The position numbers and the translations under genes are program-made. This document shows, one piece after another, positions 1 to 12,379 of a stretch of DNA of 64,000 nt (the stretch's first letter is position 1; each line of letters opens with the position of its first letter). Source of the stretch: Balanoglossus misakiensis (taxonomy: Eukaryota; Animalia; Hemichordata); contig CM082581.2 of the NCBI GenBank assembly GCA_040954595.2, positions 6,254,699-6,318,698 of the forward strand, read 5' to 3'. The notes below the pieces were generated by a model, which saw only the letters and a list, made by a program, of their open reading frames with translations, was not told the origin of the DNA and made no database searches.

Positions 1-813
1 CAGCTTCTTGCTGACCATCTCCTCGTACAAGGGCGTGCACTCGTCGACAAATCGCCTCAGTTTCTCCGGGAGCTCTGTCAAATCCACGTCGGAGTCGGAC
101 GATGGTTTGAAGCAAGAACTTTCCGCGGCCTCTTTGAAGAACAGACGGGGGATTTCGGAGTCCGCCGAGGAATACGGGAAATGGCTAAAGTTTCCCGGTT
201 CCCATTTCAAGAAGGATTCGCTGAATGGCAACCCGGTCGCTTGACAGTACTTCTGCAAAGTCTCCCTTGGATAATTGGCCAGATCTTCGGAGTCCACCAC
301 GATCGGGCGCTCTTTCAGTTCCTCTGTGACGTACCTGTACAGGTCGTACATTTTCCCCAGACCGCAGGTGTTAATGCACCAGGATACCATTGTATCCAAG
401 TCAGGCGACGGCGTCGTGACACCATTACCGGCCCTGAACGCAGACAGAATCGAAGCTCTGGGGTCACGAACAAGAAACGTGTTGACGTACCCGCGTGGAA
501 TATATCGATAGCGGTCTCGGCCTCCGAAAAACATATCCTTGACAAAGACGGCCGTTTTACCGGGGAAAGGTTTTTCCAGCATCGTCTGTACATCCACGTA
601 CTTGTATCCAGGTATGGTCGGCCTTGTTGTGCTCAATCTTGGCTTCATATGTTGTTCTTCGCCGAGGGAGTATGCCGTTGCGAATGGTTCATGAATAACA
701 CGGATGCGTTTGTCTGACGCTATGGCCAGTTCAAACACAGTTGACCTGGATCTGGGATGGGACCACAGGATTACACGAGTTGGCGGCTCCCGCGAGTCAG
801 AACACACATCCAT
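1..813 (-). CDS. Intronless sulfotransferase-like protein (Sulfotransfer_5 / 'BCAT-like protein 2' type), 271 codons, stop codon beyond the window edge
   Basis: Manual minus-strand translation from ATG at 813 stays open to base 1: MDVCSDSREPPTRVILWSHPRSRSTVFELAI...IHEPF...VFVKDM...TFLVRDPRASILS...PIVVDSEDLANYPRETLQKYCQATGLPFSESFLKWEPG...CTPLYEEMVSKKL. WSHPRSRST resembles the 5'-PAPS loop and FLVRDP(x4)S the 3'-PB motif. HEP, VKDM and DxxDL..P...L..YC...GLPF....L.W match this family as recalled. Confidence 0.85.
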   Translation of the reverse strand, partial: MDVCSDSREPPTRVILWSHPRSRSTVFELAIASDKRIRVIHEPFATAYSLGEEQHMKPRLSTTRPTIPGYKYVDVQTMLEKPFPGKTAVFVKDMFFGGRDRYRYIPRGYVNTFLVRDPRASILSAFRAGNGVTTPSPDLDTMVSWCINTCGLGKMYDLYRYVTEELKERPIVVDSEDLANYPRETLQKYCQATGLPFSESFLKWEPGNFSHFPYSSADSEIPRLFFKEAAESSCFKPSSDSDVDLTELPEKLRRFVDECTPLYEEMVSKKL

Positions 814-2467
814 TTTTTAGCCAGACACTGGTGGGTCGATTGGGAGAATAAAGAGAGATGGCAGGATCTTACGCGGCTCTCTAGAACATGGAAAATCACG
901 GCCTTTTATCCTGGTTCACAGTCCTGCAGTCGCAAAGACCACAGCTCAGTCGAGAGAACAAGGTCAAAGATCGCCGCATTTAACCTTTCGAAATACTTTG
1001 TAGTGTATTATGAAAGCCTCATAACGGATACCTGTCGGTGGTGCGATTTAAAAAAAATGTCACGTCGAACTGCCTTGGTTCATGTGGTTAGGGAGCGCTC
1101 TATTATTACGGCCGGGAGGGCCGGAAAATTAGTCAATGTCTAAGATTTCAACGATCCCGTGGAGGAAATTACATAGGCTTGCAAAAGCATACCACCAAAT
1201 GACAATTTGCAGAGATGCAGCGACAGGTATTTTGATGAAAACTAAGTGAGCCCCTCTCCACGGATTAATGGTCAACTGCAGGTGAACGGCTGATACAAAC
1301 TTTTCTAACTCCCTGAAGTCGATTGCGATCCAAACAAAGAGGCCCAGGTGTGTGAGGTTTCTGGCCTCATAATTCTGATATAGACATTTGGCCAGAGTCT
1401 GTGTTTACTCAGCCAACGAAATGCGTAAGTTTCACGACCTTGGAATGAAAAAAATATAAACATCAACACGGCGATAAATCGTTATCAGCAGAACGTTGAG
1501 GGCACTATCACATAATGAAGCAGTCAGGCAGCAACGACCCTGGATCATAGAGTGAGCCCAGACTCGCGGGTCACGTAAACATGTTGTTGACGGGCTTAGT
1601 GGCACGTCGCCGGCTGCAAAAAACGTCAGCTTTCCGTCCGGATTTCGCCAGAACCTGTTTTGGTTTCTTTGCTTTCCCGTTTACATATGTGTCAGTGCGA
1701 ACGCTAGCTCGTCAAATGACCGTTAATCACGGTGTTTTCTAAACTTTGCAGCGCCCCCAACGTTATCTTGTTTTCAAATGCGGAAGTGGTGTGCTGATTT
1801 CCCGCGTAATTTTCTAAGCTTATTTACGTCGGAATAATCGTATTTTACCAGTCATTTTCACCATTTATCGATAGTTTGTAGTTTAAGCTATTAAACGACA
1901 CATTTTTACCGAAATATCTTGATAAACCTTGCGGAAAACTGATAAAACTTACAGTGACCCGAAATTTGGAAAAATAATAAACATCGAATTTATAGTGTTT
2001 TAAGATGTGCAGCACTTTTTTATAAAAAATAATTGTAACATTTTGAAACGATTTTTGGTAATTTCAATATATATTCTGACTATTTAAGAAAAATAGTGGG
2101 TGTACCCCCATGGGTCTTTGCAAAATCGCCCCTGATTACAAGTGCAACAATTCCGTTCTATAGCATGTATAGTATAGCGCACACGCCTGACTAGTGCATA
2201 GCTCCTGAACCTTCGTATGATGCAGTATACGTAGCATGAGCGTCTCCTCGTGGGTGAACTGAATTTTCGTGACATGTTGATGTGATTTCGCTTTTCATAC
2301 CTCCAAGACTTACTTTTACAAAGGTTTTGACCCCCCCCCCAAAAAAAAAAAAAAAAAAAAAAAACATATATTGTCTTTGTGATTTTCAATTTGTCTACTT
2401 GTCGTATTGGTGTCCGGGACTATTGTCTGGCTCAAACGGAGCTCCATCGTGTGTCGGCCACGTCATA

Positions 2468-2665
2468 TCGGCTTATTATGAAAAAGATCGGTAGTTTGAA
2501 AACGGCCTTTCGGTACTACACTACGCTATTTGGCTTATTATGAAAAACGATCGACAGACTTTGAAATGATCGGTAGTTTGAAAAACGCCTTTCAGCAGTG
2601 GTGTTTTTCAGCATTGGCACTACGTTTATCGGCCGACAAAGTGTGAAAATGATCGGTTGTTTTTA
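2468..2665. repeat. Degenerate short tandem repeat
   Basis: Recurring blocks 'ggcttattatgaaaaa', 'gatcggtagtttgaaaa' and 'cactacg', each present 2-3 times. Confidence 0.6.
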
Positions 2666-5600
2666 ACACCTATATCGGCATAGAATAATTAATAGACGAC
2701 GACGCAGCATTTTTGTACAATTCTAGTCTTTATTGTTGATCATGATCGCACTGACGTGTAACACACTCAATTACAACCCAAACATTCACCCTCACAACCC
2801 CCCTCGGCCTCCCCCACGAAGTAATGGTATCACACGGGGGTAAAGTTAGCGCCGTATACTTGTACGTACGATACACCAGATCCCACTTGTATATGGTTCA
2901 CTAAGATGTGCAGCAAATTTTTATAAAAGCTCCAAGTAAGGTAACATTTTCCAGTATTACAGCTAAGTAAACAATCTAGGGTTCGAACACATTTTTTTGT
3001 GTGTACCACTTCCAGTTTTCGAAATATTCGCCTCGAAACATTGAAAATGGCAATTTTTACGATGAAACAAACAACACTACGATCTCGTAAAAAAACTACT
3101 AGCGTAATTATCTGACCTTATGAAGACACAAAAATTGAACACGATACAGTTGGAGGACCACTTTCCTCAATCAAATTATCGTTTAAAAAAAAACATGAGG
3201 ATATCCGAAGATACACGGCCTGATTTCTGACGGTGTTGTTTTCATGATAAGAGGCTGACATTTTGAAATTTATCACGTGACCTCTGCTTAATGCGCGCCC
3301 TCTATGAGAGCAACCTGCGTTCCGGCTGTGTCGTCACAGAAAATGAAGAGGGGGAAAAAAACCACGTGCACATTGACCAATTTTATTGTCGGGCAGCCGC
3401 CGTATCCATTTTAGTCGCATGGTATTTAAAAAAAAATTGTGGTGACCGATTTCCATGTCGTGTCGACGGAAAATAACTGTGTTCACTACAGGCGGTGCGA
3501 CTGCATTTTATTAACATTTGTGATTGTTTCTATTAATGCGAACATTATAGAAATATTGACCGTTGGGAAATTTCCTTCCCTTTCCCGAAATTTCAATACC
3601 CCAGCTTCTGCTAGAAATACAATTGAGGCCTGAACACGGGTACTTTCAATGACCGGCAATCACCGGCGCTGGGGACAATCGTTAAGTCGGCCAAGACACC
3701 TAAATCACAAATATGACTCTTCGTTCCAGCTGAAATATTCTGAATAATGTTACAGGAGTGTACGCCTATCGCAAATTGCCAATTGCGTACTTCGCACCTT
3801 TCCATTAAACGGATATGGTCTACAGTAAAACACGTGGTCAAACAACACACCCATCACAGGTACTTGGGATAACGAGCGGCATGTGCTGATGAATAAAAGT
3901 GTTATGTTTGCTGACTGAGGAATATAGCTACCATCACTTCCGTTGTTTTTTTCCGTCCCCGTCAGTGTGTCAACTGTATCGTTCAATGCCACGCCCAAAA
4001 CACTACGAGAACTCGACTGAAAATTTTCACCCTAAAATTTCTATTCGGGGTAAATCTATCGGAGGCGACGCCATACATTGTTGAATTGATGTCAATTTCG
4101 GACGTATTACTATAACCGATAAATTTTATTACAGAACGTTTACATTTCCCCCAAGACTTTTGTACTAACATCACCTGGGAAAAGGTTTGTGATCCAAATA
4201 CAACATATAGGCCTATACATAAAATATAATACAATACGTGGAATGGCCGCTCCTCTCAACGTGCATTTAATTCACTTTCAATGTGAATGTGGATGGAACC
4301 GAGAAAAGTATTGCGTGATAGCGAAACAAAGATTAAAAAAACACATACAATTTCATTTTCTGAATAAACGACACCCATAGAGAGATACTGCTGGGACCAC
4401 ATTACCCATAACAAATACGATGGATGACAAATTATTTTTATTGAATTAAACAGCATGATCGGATTTGTTTGGAAATAACCATGACCTCAGTAGCTGCACC
4501 GTTGAAATCTGAGTACGTATTGGCACCCTTGGAAGACAATTTCCCATTTTCCAAGTTAGATTTGATGGTTTAGGAGGAATACGTTGCTTGATTGCCCAAA
4601 GGCGATATCCTGGTGGTTGAGGTATACGTAATGTAAAACAAGGAAGGGGTGTGTATGTGGTCAGCGTTATACGTAGTGCAGTATTAGTCACTGTGTATAT
4701 TCTCGCCCCGTGTCTATGGTTACCGTTGCCTCCCCGAAGGGTCAACACACATCAACGGAGAGGTGAGGAGGTCCGTCGACCTTGTGAGGTACGGCACTCA
4801 ACGGAGAAGCGCCTTGGGCTGCCCACAGAGAGTATATGTGGGCTACTACTGTACTCCACGTGTTCAGTGCCCCAGATAATGAGTAAATGGACTCGGCGAA
4901 GCGTGTCGGTTGACCACCGCCGAATCGTGGGCGAAGTAACTAAACGCTTAGAGTCACGTTTTTTACTCCTGACTCGCGTAACGTGGCCATTTTAGTCACC
5001 ACTAATAAGTACGCGGTAGAAACCATTACACTTATATCACAACCAAGATATCAGCAAAGTAAATAAAGATTCTGACTGTACTCGCTGTTGTATTTGAATA
5101 AGAAACTTTTGTGGTGTTAAAAGTATTTTAGGGACATATAAAAGAACTGTATCAGTGAATAGTAATACGTCCGAAATTGACACCAATTCAACAATGTATG
5201 ACGTCGCCTCTAATACATTTACCTCGAATAGAAATTTTTGGGCGGAAGAATTTAGTCAGGTTTAGTTTCTCGTGGTCCAACATGAAATTATTTTATTTGT
5301 TCCGACGTCGACCCACCCTAATTTCCTCTCCATTTCGCGCTCAACGTTCCCTGGTGTCGCGATGATTTAAAATCACTGACGATGCAACATTCTCTCGGCT
5401 TGACTCACCATTTCCCAAGTACGACTTTTCAAATTTCAATATATAGACTAAATTATTCGCGATCCCGAAAAACACATTGTTTCGTTAACAACAGCTTTTA
5501 CAGAATAATATTGTGCAATCTGTCACCGATGATGGATGATGATGAAAGTCAGAAAGATCAAGAGTCCATCCGCCGGAAAGCGGTCAACATTGCAACATGA

Positions 5601-8207
5601 CCCAACTTGGCCGACGGGGAACGGGGATTTCCCCCACTTCAACGTGTCTAATTTTAATACAGCCCGGGGCATGATGGGAGTTTTCCACAGTGACCAAGGA
5701 AGGGTTGGTCCGATAATATTGAAGGCATCTTTAAGACTTTATTGAAGGTATCTTTGATGTGGCTTGAGATTGCGCATTTTGCTATAGATGTACACCAAAA
5801 CCACAGCATTGCTTTCACCGTGTTATAGCAGATACCGTTATTTGTTCTTGGTGACGTTTTTCCGCTGTTACTCATAGACGATATCGCCCGTACCGCAGCA
5901 ATCTTTAACGGTGGAACTTTTCAAGGTTTTTTTGAGCGGTTCCAAGTGATGACGTAGGTAACAACCGGTTGGTTTGATTAGAACTGTTTGGTTGCCATGG
6001 TGCGAGCGCCGGATCCGCCTGCAACACACAGTTGACATATTTTGAAACGTTGACCCATCCATAAAAAAGATTATATGTAGAACGTAACAATTTAATTTAG
6101 GCCCGTATGATTTTTGTCATGCGTGTAACTGCATGCTCTCTCAGGAGATTTTTAACCCGGTTGAGACTCTGAGACACGTGAAAAATTTAGGTCACTTGCC
6201 GGAATCAATTGGATCCGGTCTGTGACGTGATCAGCTGAGATAACGCGTTGGCAAGTGTGGGCTGCGAGTGTGTTGTCTATCGTACATACACGTGTAATAG
6301 TATTCCGCATAGCAACAACGAAACGGGAATAGAACCTTATAACTGGTGACTGCGAAATACAGATACTTTTTTTCAAAATAATAGAATCAACCATAGTATA
6401 GTAATCAAGACAGCGCAATACACCAAGTTCACATATTAAAGTAACCCGAGGATAATTTATACCGTGTCAGTTGTCACTGATCTGGTAAAGGAAGTTATGA
6501 AGGAAACTTTGCTTTGTACTGTGTATCACTCGGTTACGTTCTCGCCTCGCCATGTGTTCGCCGCTCAAATAAAGCGATGATGTAGACTGCGGAGAATTTC
6601 ATCCCCTGGTCCGATGTTTTAACATGACTGGACAAAATACGTGAAATGTAAAACTGATTTTAATCTTTAAATTCCTGTTTCGAAAGACTCCACCCCGGCC
6701 TACCGTGCACATGCATGTTATTTTCTCGCCCACTGTTCCACATTCCTCTCCCCACGTTGCGTCATCACTGGCATGCTTTACGTTGAGCAGAACTAAAAGA
6801 TGATCCAAAAAGTGAACTGAAACTGTGCTGTAATGTATATTTTAATAAGCGATGTATTGATTACAGCGCATATTTTTATGTTGACTTCCCAGAGCGTAAA
6901 ATTCAATCCCAGCACTTACTAAGTTCCCACCAACGACCCTGGCAATGACTCGATTGGGTGCAAATCTCAGATATGCCTGAAACGATTTCATCATGAATTG
7001 GCCCATAAACAGACTATCAACATGCAGTCAAAATATATATTATATCATTAATAAACGCCTGGTGTGGATTTTCCCATGGGCTGAATTCATTCCGAATTTT
7101 CAGTTTTACTTCAGCCCAATTAAAGGTCAAGTGACAAAGCGAATTTTTCTCTTTGTCTGTGGTCTTGCAACGTCACGAAGCCAACTACTAAATGTGCCCC
7201 AAAATGGTCAGCAATAGTTTTAAAAGCTTTTCACGCCAAGGTCGATTAAAGTATTGAAGGTATGTATGCGTGGGACTACATCAATGTCATTCAAATAATG
7301 GCACATAAAAATTTGCATGAAAAAAGCGGGCATCGAATCTACGAATCCACGAACACGGTCACCTATCTCAGTCACTTTCCGTGTTGAGAGGGAACTATGT
7401 CATCGACGTGACAGTGGCTAATAATACTAGTATTTCGCCTATACTTTATGGGAAATTTCTCAAATTAATGCGTGGGTCAAGACACGGTGGGCTGTGGTCA
7501 AGAATTTGCCTTGAAATTAAAGAGTTGACACGACGAGGTGTGGGTGTGTTGAAATTCACGTGTACATGAAAAGGGCAAGTCTGGGGAGACGGCCAAGGGT
7601 TAATGTCATCGACAAACTCCATCCTTCACAGTGCGTAATCTTCGAATTCCAATCTCACCGCGACAACAAGCTGCCAGACGGACCATGGCACAAATGATCA
7701 TTCACTTGCTCTCAGTGAACGATTTTTTTGTGTGAATTCAGGGTGTACTTTTTGATAAATTACGTTTCCTTGGGTTCTCACGTGGAGATACCACAGTGGT
7801 ACCTCTACGCTACAATGAACGTGGCCTCTTCCAACCACTCCCTTCTCAAAGAACTTGGGAGGGGGGGGGGGGTGTGAGGGGGCGTCGAACTTGGACGTGA
7901 CGTCACAAACTGTACTGCAGACACGGACATATATACGTCATTCGGAAAGAATCCCATATCACCCCCTGATCACCCCAATTGCTAAGTTACGTAATTTAAA
8001 TACGGAAGTGGTTGTCGATATTATTGTACTCTGCACAATTAACGCTCACTACAATTAATTGACCACACTACCACCATGTCTGTGTTACCACAGAAAATGT
8101 GTGGATTTACCTCAGGTGAATGAATCGAGTATTCGTGACAAAAAATGCCGCGGCACCCAGCAACAACAAAGTACAGGTTCTTACTCTGAATAAGCATGAT
8201 ATATCAA

Positions 8208-8588
8208 GGTCACTATAAACATTCTAGTAACCATGGGATAAAACAGGAGTGGAGTGATTTCGTATCGGTCTGAACCAATTCTATTGACATCTGTGTTTCT
8301 ATAAATAGCTTTACCACGTTGTACACTCTGACGGACAACAGACCACACTATTTTTCACCCGTGGCGTATTGTGAAGCGTGCAGTTTACATGGTATACAAC
8401 GGTCACTATAAACATCCTTGTAACCATTGGATAAAATACTAGTGTCAAATGAACACGTAGCGTTGAGTGTTTCATATCAATGTTGCCCGTCTGAAGCAAT
8501 TCATCCGTGTTTCTATAAATAGCTTTGCCGTTGACACTGGCAGACAACAGACCACCCAGACACACTATTCACCCGTAGCGTATTGTCA
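8208..8588. repeat. Degenerate tandem duplication, unit about 190 bp
   Basis: 'ggtcactataaacat...gtaacca..ggataaaa...gtgtttctataaatagcttt...acaacagaccac...ttcacccgt.gcgtattgt' occurs at about 8208-8372 and again at about 8401-8586. Confidence 0.7.
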
Positions 8589-9069
8589 CCCTTGCCGTTT
8601 TGCACAATACCGATTTCCGGTCGCTGACGTAGACAATTGATTCGCCGTTGGGAGGATCATATGATTTATGTAGGCTAGGCTATATGTTTGCACGTGACTT
8701 TTGATGATGTTTCAGACGCTAGCCGTGACCATGGAGATAACTTTTTTTTCCACTCGCGGCCCCTCTGGAAAACTTTTGAAGTGGACGTGCTCTCGAAATG
8801 TCACCGCGCGGGACTTACTCATACTGTCATAGATTAGTTAATTGTCTTAATAAATAACATGTATGTGCGTGTACCCTTCTGAACATCACATTTCACTTAC
8901 GCATGGTAAACAAAGTCGCAGGTATGTGGAGACAGTATGCGGTAGTCCTCACATGCTAAATTTAGAGTATTGCAAAACAATGTAAAATGGCCGTAAAAGT
9001 AATAGCCTGTCATTTTTGATATGAAAGGGACCGTCTTGGAGGAGGTTCCGCCGGAACGCCGCCCACGAG

Positions 9070-9320
9070 ATTGGCTACTGACGTAAATTGCCAAACCAAA
9101 CTCTCTTTAAAAATATCCTGAGCTCACACGCCGTAAACCCATATATGGCACCCGTGTATGCAAATGATCCGCTCTATTCGCGGAACCGGCCGAGGTGGGC
9201 TCGGCTATTTTCGGCTCAAGTGGGGAATCCCTTTCACCGGCTTACACGCGTGTTTCGTCATCGGACCGGACGTTGAGAATGCGATATAAGGGGGGCATGG
9301 CCGCTGATGAAAGTCAGAGA
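9070..9320 (+). promoter_or_regulatory. Inducible-type proximal promoter of the putative cytokine
   Basis: ATTGG (CCAAT) 9070; TGACGTAA (CRE-like) 9079; CCATATATGG (CArG) 9139-9148; ATGCAAAT (octamer) 9158-9165; TTCGCGGAA (STAT GAS) 9177-9185; GGGGAATCCC (NF-kB) 9222-9231; TATAA 9285; TCAG Inr-like about 9314. Confidence 0.7.
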
Positions 9321-9415
9321 ACTAACAGCAAGCAAGCAAGACCCAAAGAACGATAGAACATATCACAATTTTTCCGAAAACCAAAACTTCAACAAAAGCT
9401 TACCCAAGAGAAACA

Positions 9416-11567
9416 ATGGCAACTTCAAGAACAATCTATTATTTTGCTGAAATCGGTAAGTTGAAAATAATTTCTGCGAAGTTAACTTTACTTTCTGGTT
9501 TTTTTTTATCTTCTTCGTGAAAATTTGAGCCTATCTCTTATCATTTTCAATCCTAACGACTTTTTGCCTTTTTTCCACAGCAGTAACAGTGGTCCTGGTG
9601 TTAGCAGCATTATCCGATGGAGCGCCAACCGGTGCCGTCCCATCTAACGATGACACAGTGGCAGATTCCTACAGACTTTTATACCAGAAAGCAGCCGCTT
9701 TCCACGCAGGACATATAGAAATCTACAAAAAATTTGTAAGTATACATTTATCCCCAAACTCATATTTTAAGCCGATTCCACAATACACGCGGCTTGAAAA
9801 TAGCTGCCGCATTATACATTGCTATATATATTCATTATTTTAAAATGTTGGATCCGGAAAATGCCGACTGGAAAATTGGCCTATACTGCTCCAGTTTCAA
9901 TGTCAGTACATACATCTTTACATTATATTAGTTTCTCCACTCTGTGATTCGTCAACTTATGTCTGCACGTTTGAGCGCAGACACAAGACTAGGTCACGCG
10001 ATCGTAAAATTAGGCCACGGACCACTTAGCTTAGACTGACCCAAATATTGGAAAGATAACACATGTACTATCCGGGTACACGACCTGTAACTCTATCTCC
10101 TCCTCGCGAACAGGTTCGAGGCCAGTCAAGGCTACATGAAGCCAACTTCACTTCTTTTACCAATTTTAACATTTAACTTCACGATGCTGAAACACTTTAA
10201 GAAACTTTTTAAAGATCACTATCAAAACTTTAAACGAGAGTTGTCTATGAGTTACAGTTCACTTTTTGCGCACTTTTACGAAATTACGTACACAAGAATT
10301 GGCTCCCAAATTCCTAACGCGTAAAACTTCAACATCGGCCGTGTATATGTACATTTGTACATGAACAACGCCGGGAGCACACAGACCTGTACGCGGGGCC
10401 AGATAGTCTATATGCCCGGGACGGTCCCCGTCGGTCACCATGGCTTCCCGTGCCGAGTAATGAATACATACTTACTCTGTGTAAACGATGTGAAACCTTG
10501 GACTTGCTTTGTGACGTCAGTCCTAGTGTAAAGTCAAGAAGGAAGTCACTTTATTATTTGACAAAGCCCGTTGTCAGGGGTCGTGGGCAAACACTTCCGG
10601 GCAATTTGATCTACACGAACGTTCGTATGTTTAGCTGATCAGTCATCAACTTGTCATTTGTTGGTGGACAAAAAAAGGACACCCCCGCCCGAAAACCCAA
10701 ATGCGTGGGTGAAGATGCGACGGTCAACTGTCTTTTACCATAAAAAAAACACGGAGATTAAAATAGCCTAGACTGAGATTTTAATTTCCTCCTCCTCTTT
10801 TTTGCTGTTACAGAAAAGCATCCGTCTCGAAAACGAAGACATCATGGACGACATCCACAGTTTTACTTTCGAAGGGCTGCCAACTCCAGTCTCAAGATTC
10901 TTGGCATTTCGTATGCAGGTAGGCATACTTTGAACTTGACATGTTTATTTGAATGTGCGCCCCCTGCCGGTCTAAACTTAGCCACACTTCGTTTCTATAT
11001 CGTTGCCATGTCCAATTCCTCAAATGACATTTTTTTTTAAAAATCTTTTCTGCATTCAACCAACAGGAGAAAGATTTACTGGTTCTGCACAGAGACAACT
11101 TCCAGGCATTCCTGTCCTTTGTCGAGATTATGTACATGGAAGAATTAGACCACGAAGCTGAGGGTCTTTCAGATCCCTTCCACGAAGAGTTCCAAGAAAT
11201 CCGTCATCATCTGAACATCGTCATTACAAAGCTCAATTCACTGGTGAGTACAAATTAAAAATCCCCAACACAGAAACCTTATGCAAATATTAAAATGATG
11301 ACGGTGGCGATGGTGATGATTATATGATCTGCCTGCATAATGTGGAATGTGATACTGATCAATGTGTTTTCTCTCGACTCCGTTCAACAGCTGCACGCTT
11401 TGGGACACCCAGACAGTGTTGACACCAGCAAAGACCCTGCCGGTGCGAGCATGCTGAATTCTGTCCACATCCGGGAAATGAGGCACGTCAAAGTTCTCTA
11501 CGAGATCTCCAACTACCTGCCCGGTGCCAGGCAAGATTTTGAATATCTTGGCAAGAATACAGTCTAA
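9416..11567 (+). CDS. Secreted 217-aa long-chain four-helix-bundle cytokine-like protein (IL-6/IL-11/CNTF-like), 5 exons
   Basis: Exons 9416-9455, 9581-9735, 10814-10918, 11067-11243 and 11391-11567, all GT-AG, intron phases 1,0,0,0, frame continuous. Signal peptide ...IAVTVVLVLAALSDG|AP. Four amphipathic segments, AB-loop FEGLP, last helix IREMRHVKVLYEISNYLPGARQDFEYL, no cysteines. Gene model is strong; family call is inference. Confidence 0.8.
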
Positions 11568-12379
11568 AGGAAACAAGTTCTCTAGGTTTGTTTGGTTCAA
11601 AACCGAACAATTCTGGGTGTTATACACCCATTTTTTTCTTTGTTCCTCGCCGGTAATGGCCGTGTAAAAAAAAAAAAATCAACAAGCAACATGGTTTTTG
11701 TATGTTACACATGCCTGTCCTCCCAAAAGTTACAACATTCAACACTTTCAAAGCATTTTTATCATTCATCCTGGAAAAATATGTTACAAATGTACAAAAA
11801 CAACGATCATGTTGCTGGTTGGTTGATATTCTCATGTGACAGTCACGTGATTGTCACATGTACCCTGATTCGATCTGGCAATATTTGTCAGTTTGTGTCA
11901 CCGTCAGCAAAGTTTGCTTGACATTAAATGTAGGGATTAAAAATCCCATATTATTGACTCCCTCTAGAACATAGAAATACACAAAGATAAGTATAGAGTA
12001 CAAAAATTAGTTTGATAGCAATTATTCAAATTTTGTAGGTTTTAGTGAAGATTAGACTAGTTAACCAGAAAGTGATTATAACATATCACCCTAACAAAGT
12101 TTCGTCGCATAGCAGGTGGACTGACTGATATTGTATTTTTTCATGCAAATTTTTAAAAGGAAAACAGTTGAGTACTTTTTACTGCGAAACGCCACAATTT
12201 CACACAAAACTGTCTTGTTTTGTAGTTTAGTTATGTACAAATAAGTTTTTGTTGAAGTTATTGGTGCTGAGAGTCATTTTTCAAGTGTCTAAGAATTGAT
12301 GAGTACATTGGTACACCAAGACTGACAGTACTGCTTAACTTATGACTGCTGTTGATCACAGGTATCAGTGTTGTTGATT

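Noticed and set aside
181-717. 178-aa plus-strand ORF and overlapping short ORFs
   Set aside because: Antisense shadows of the minus-strand sulfotransferase-like CDS, with no recognisable motifs.
2331-2363. Poly-C followed by poly-A (also G/C runs at 7857, 47211 and 49065)
   Set aside because: Simple homopolymers, with no retrocopy body or target-site duplication identified.
2468-2665. Repeat-spacer-like pattern considered as CRISPR
   Set aside because: Repeats are degenerate and irregular, the context is eukaryotic, and there are no cas genes.
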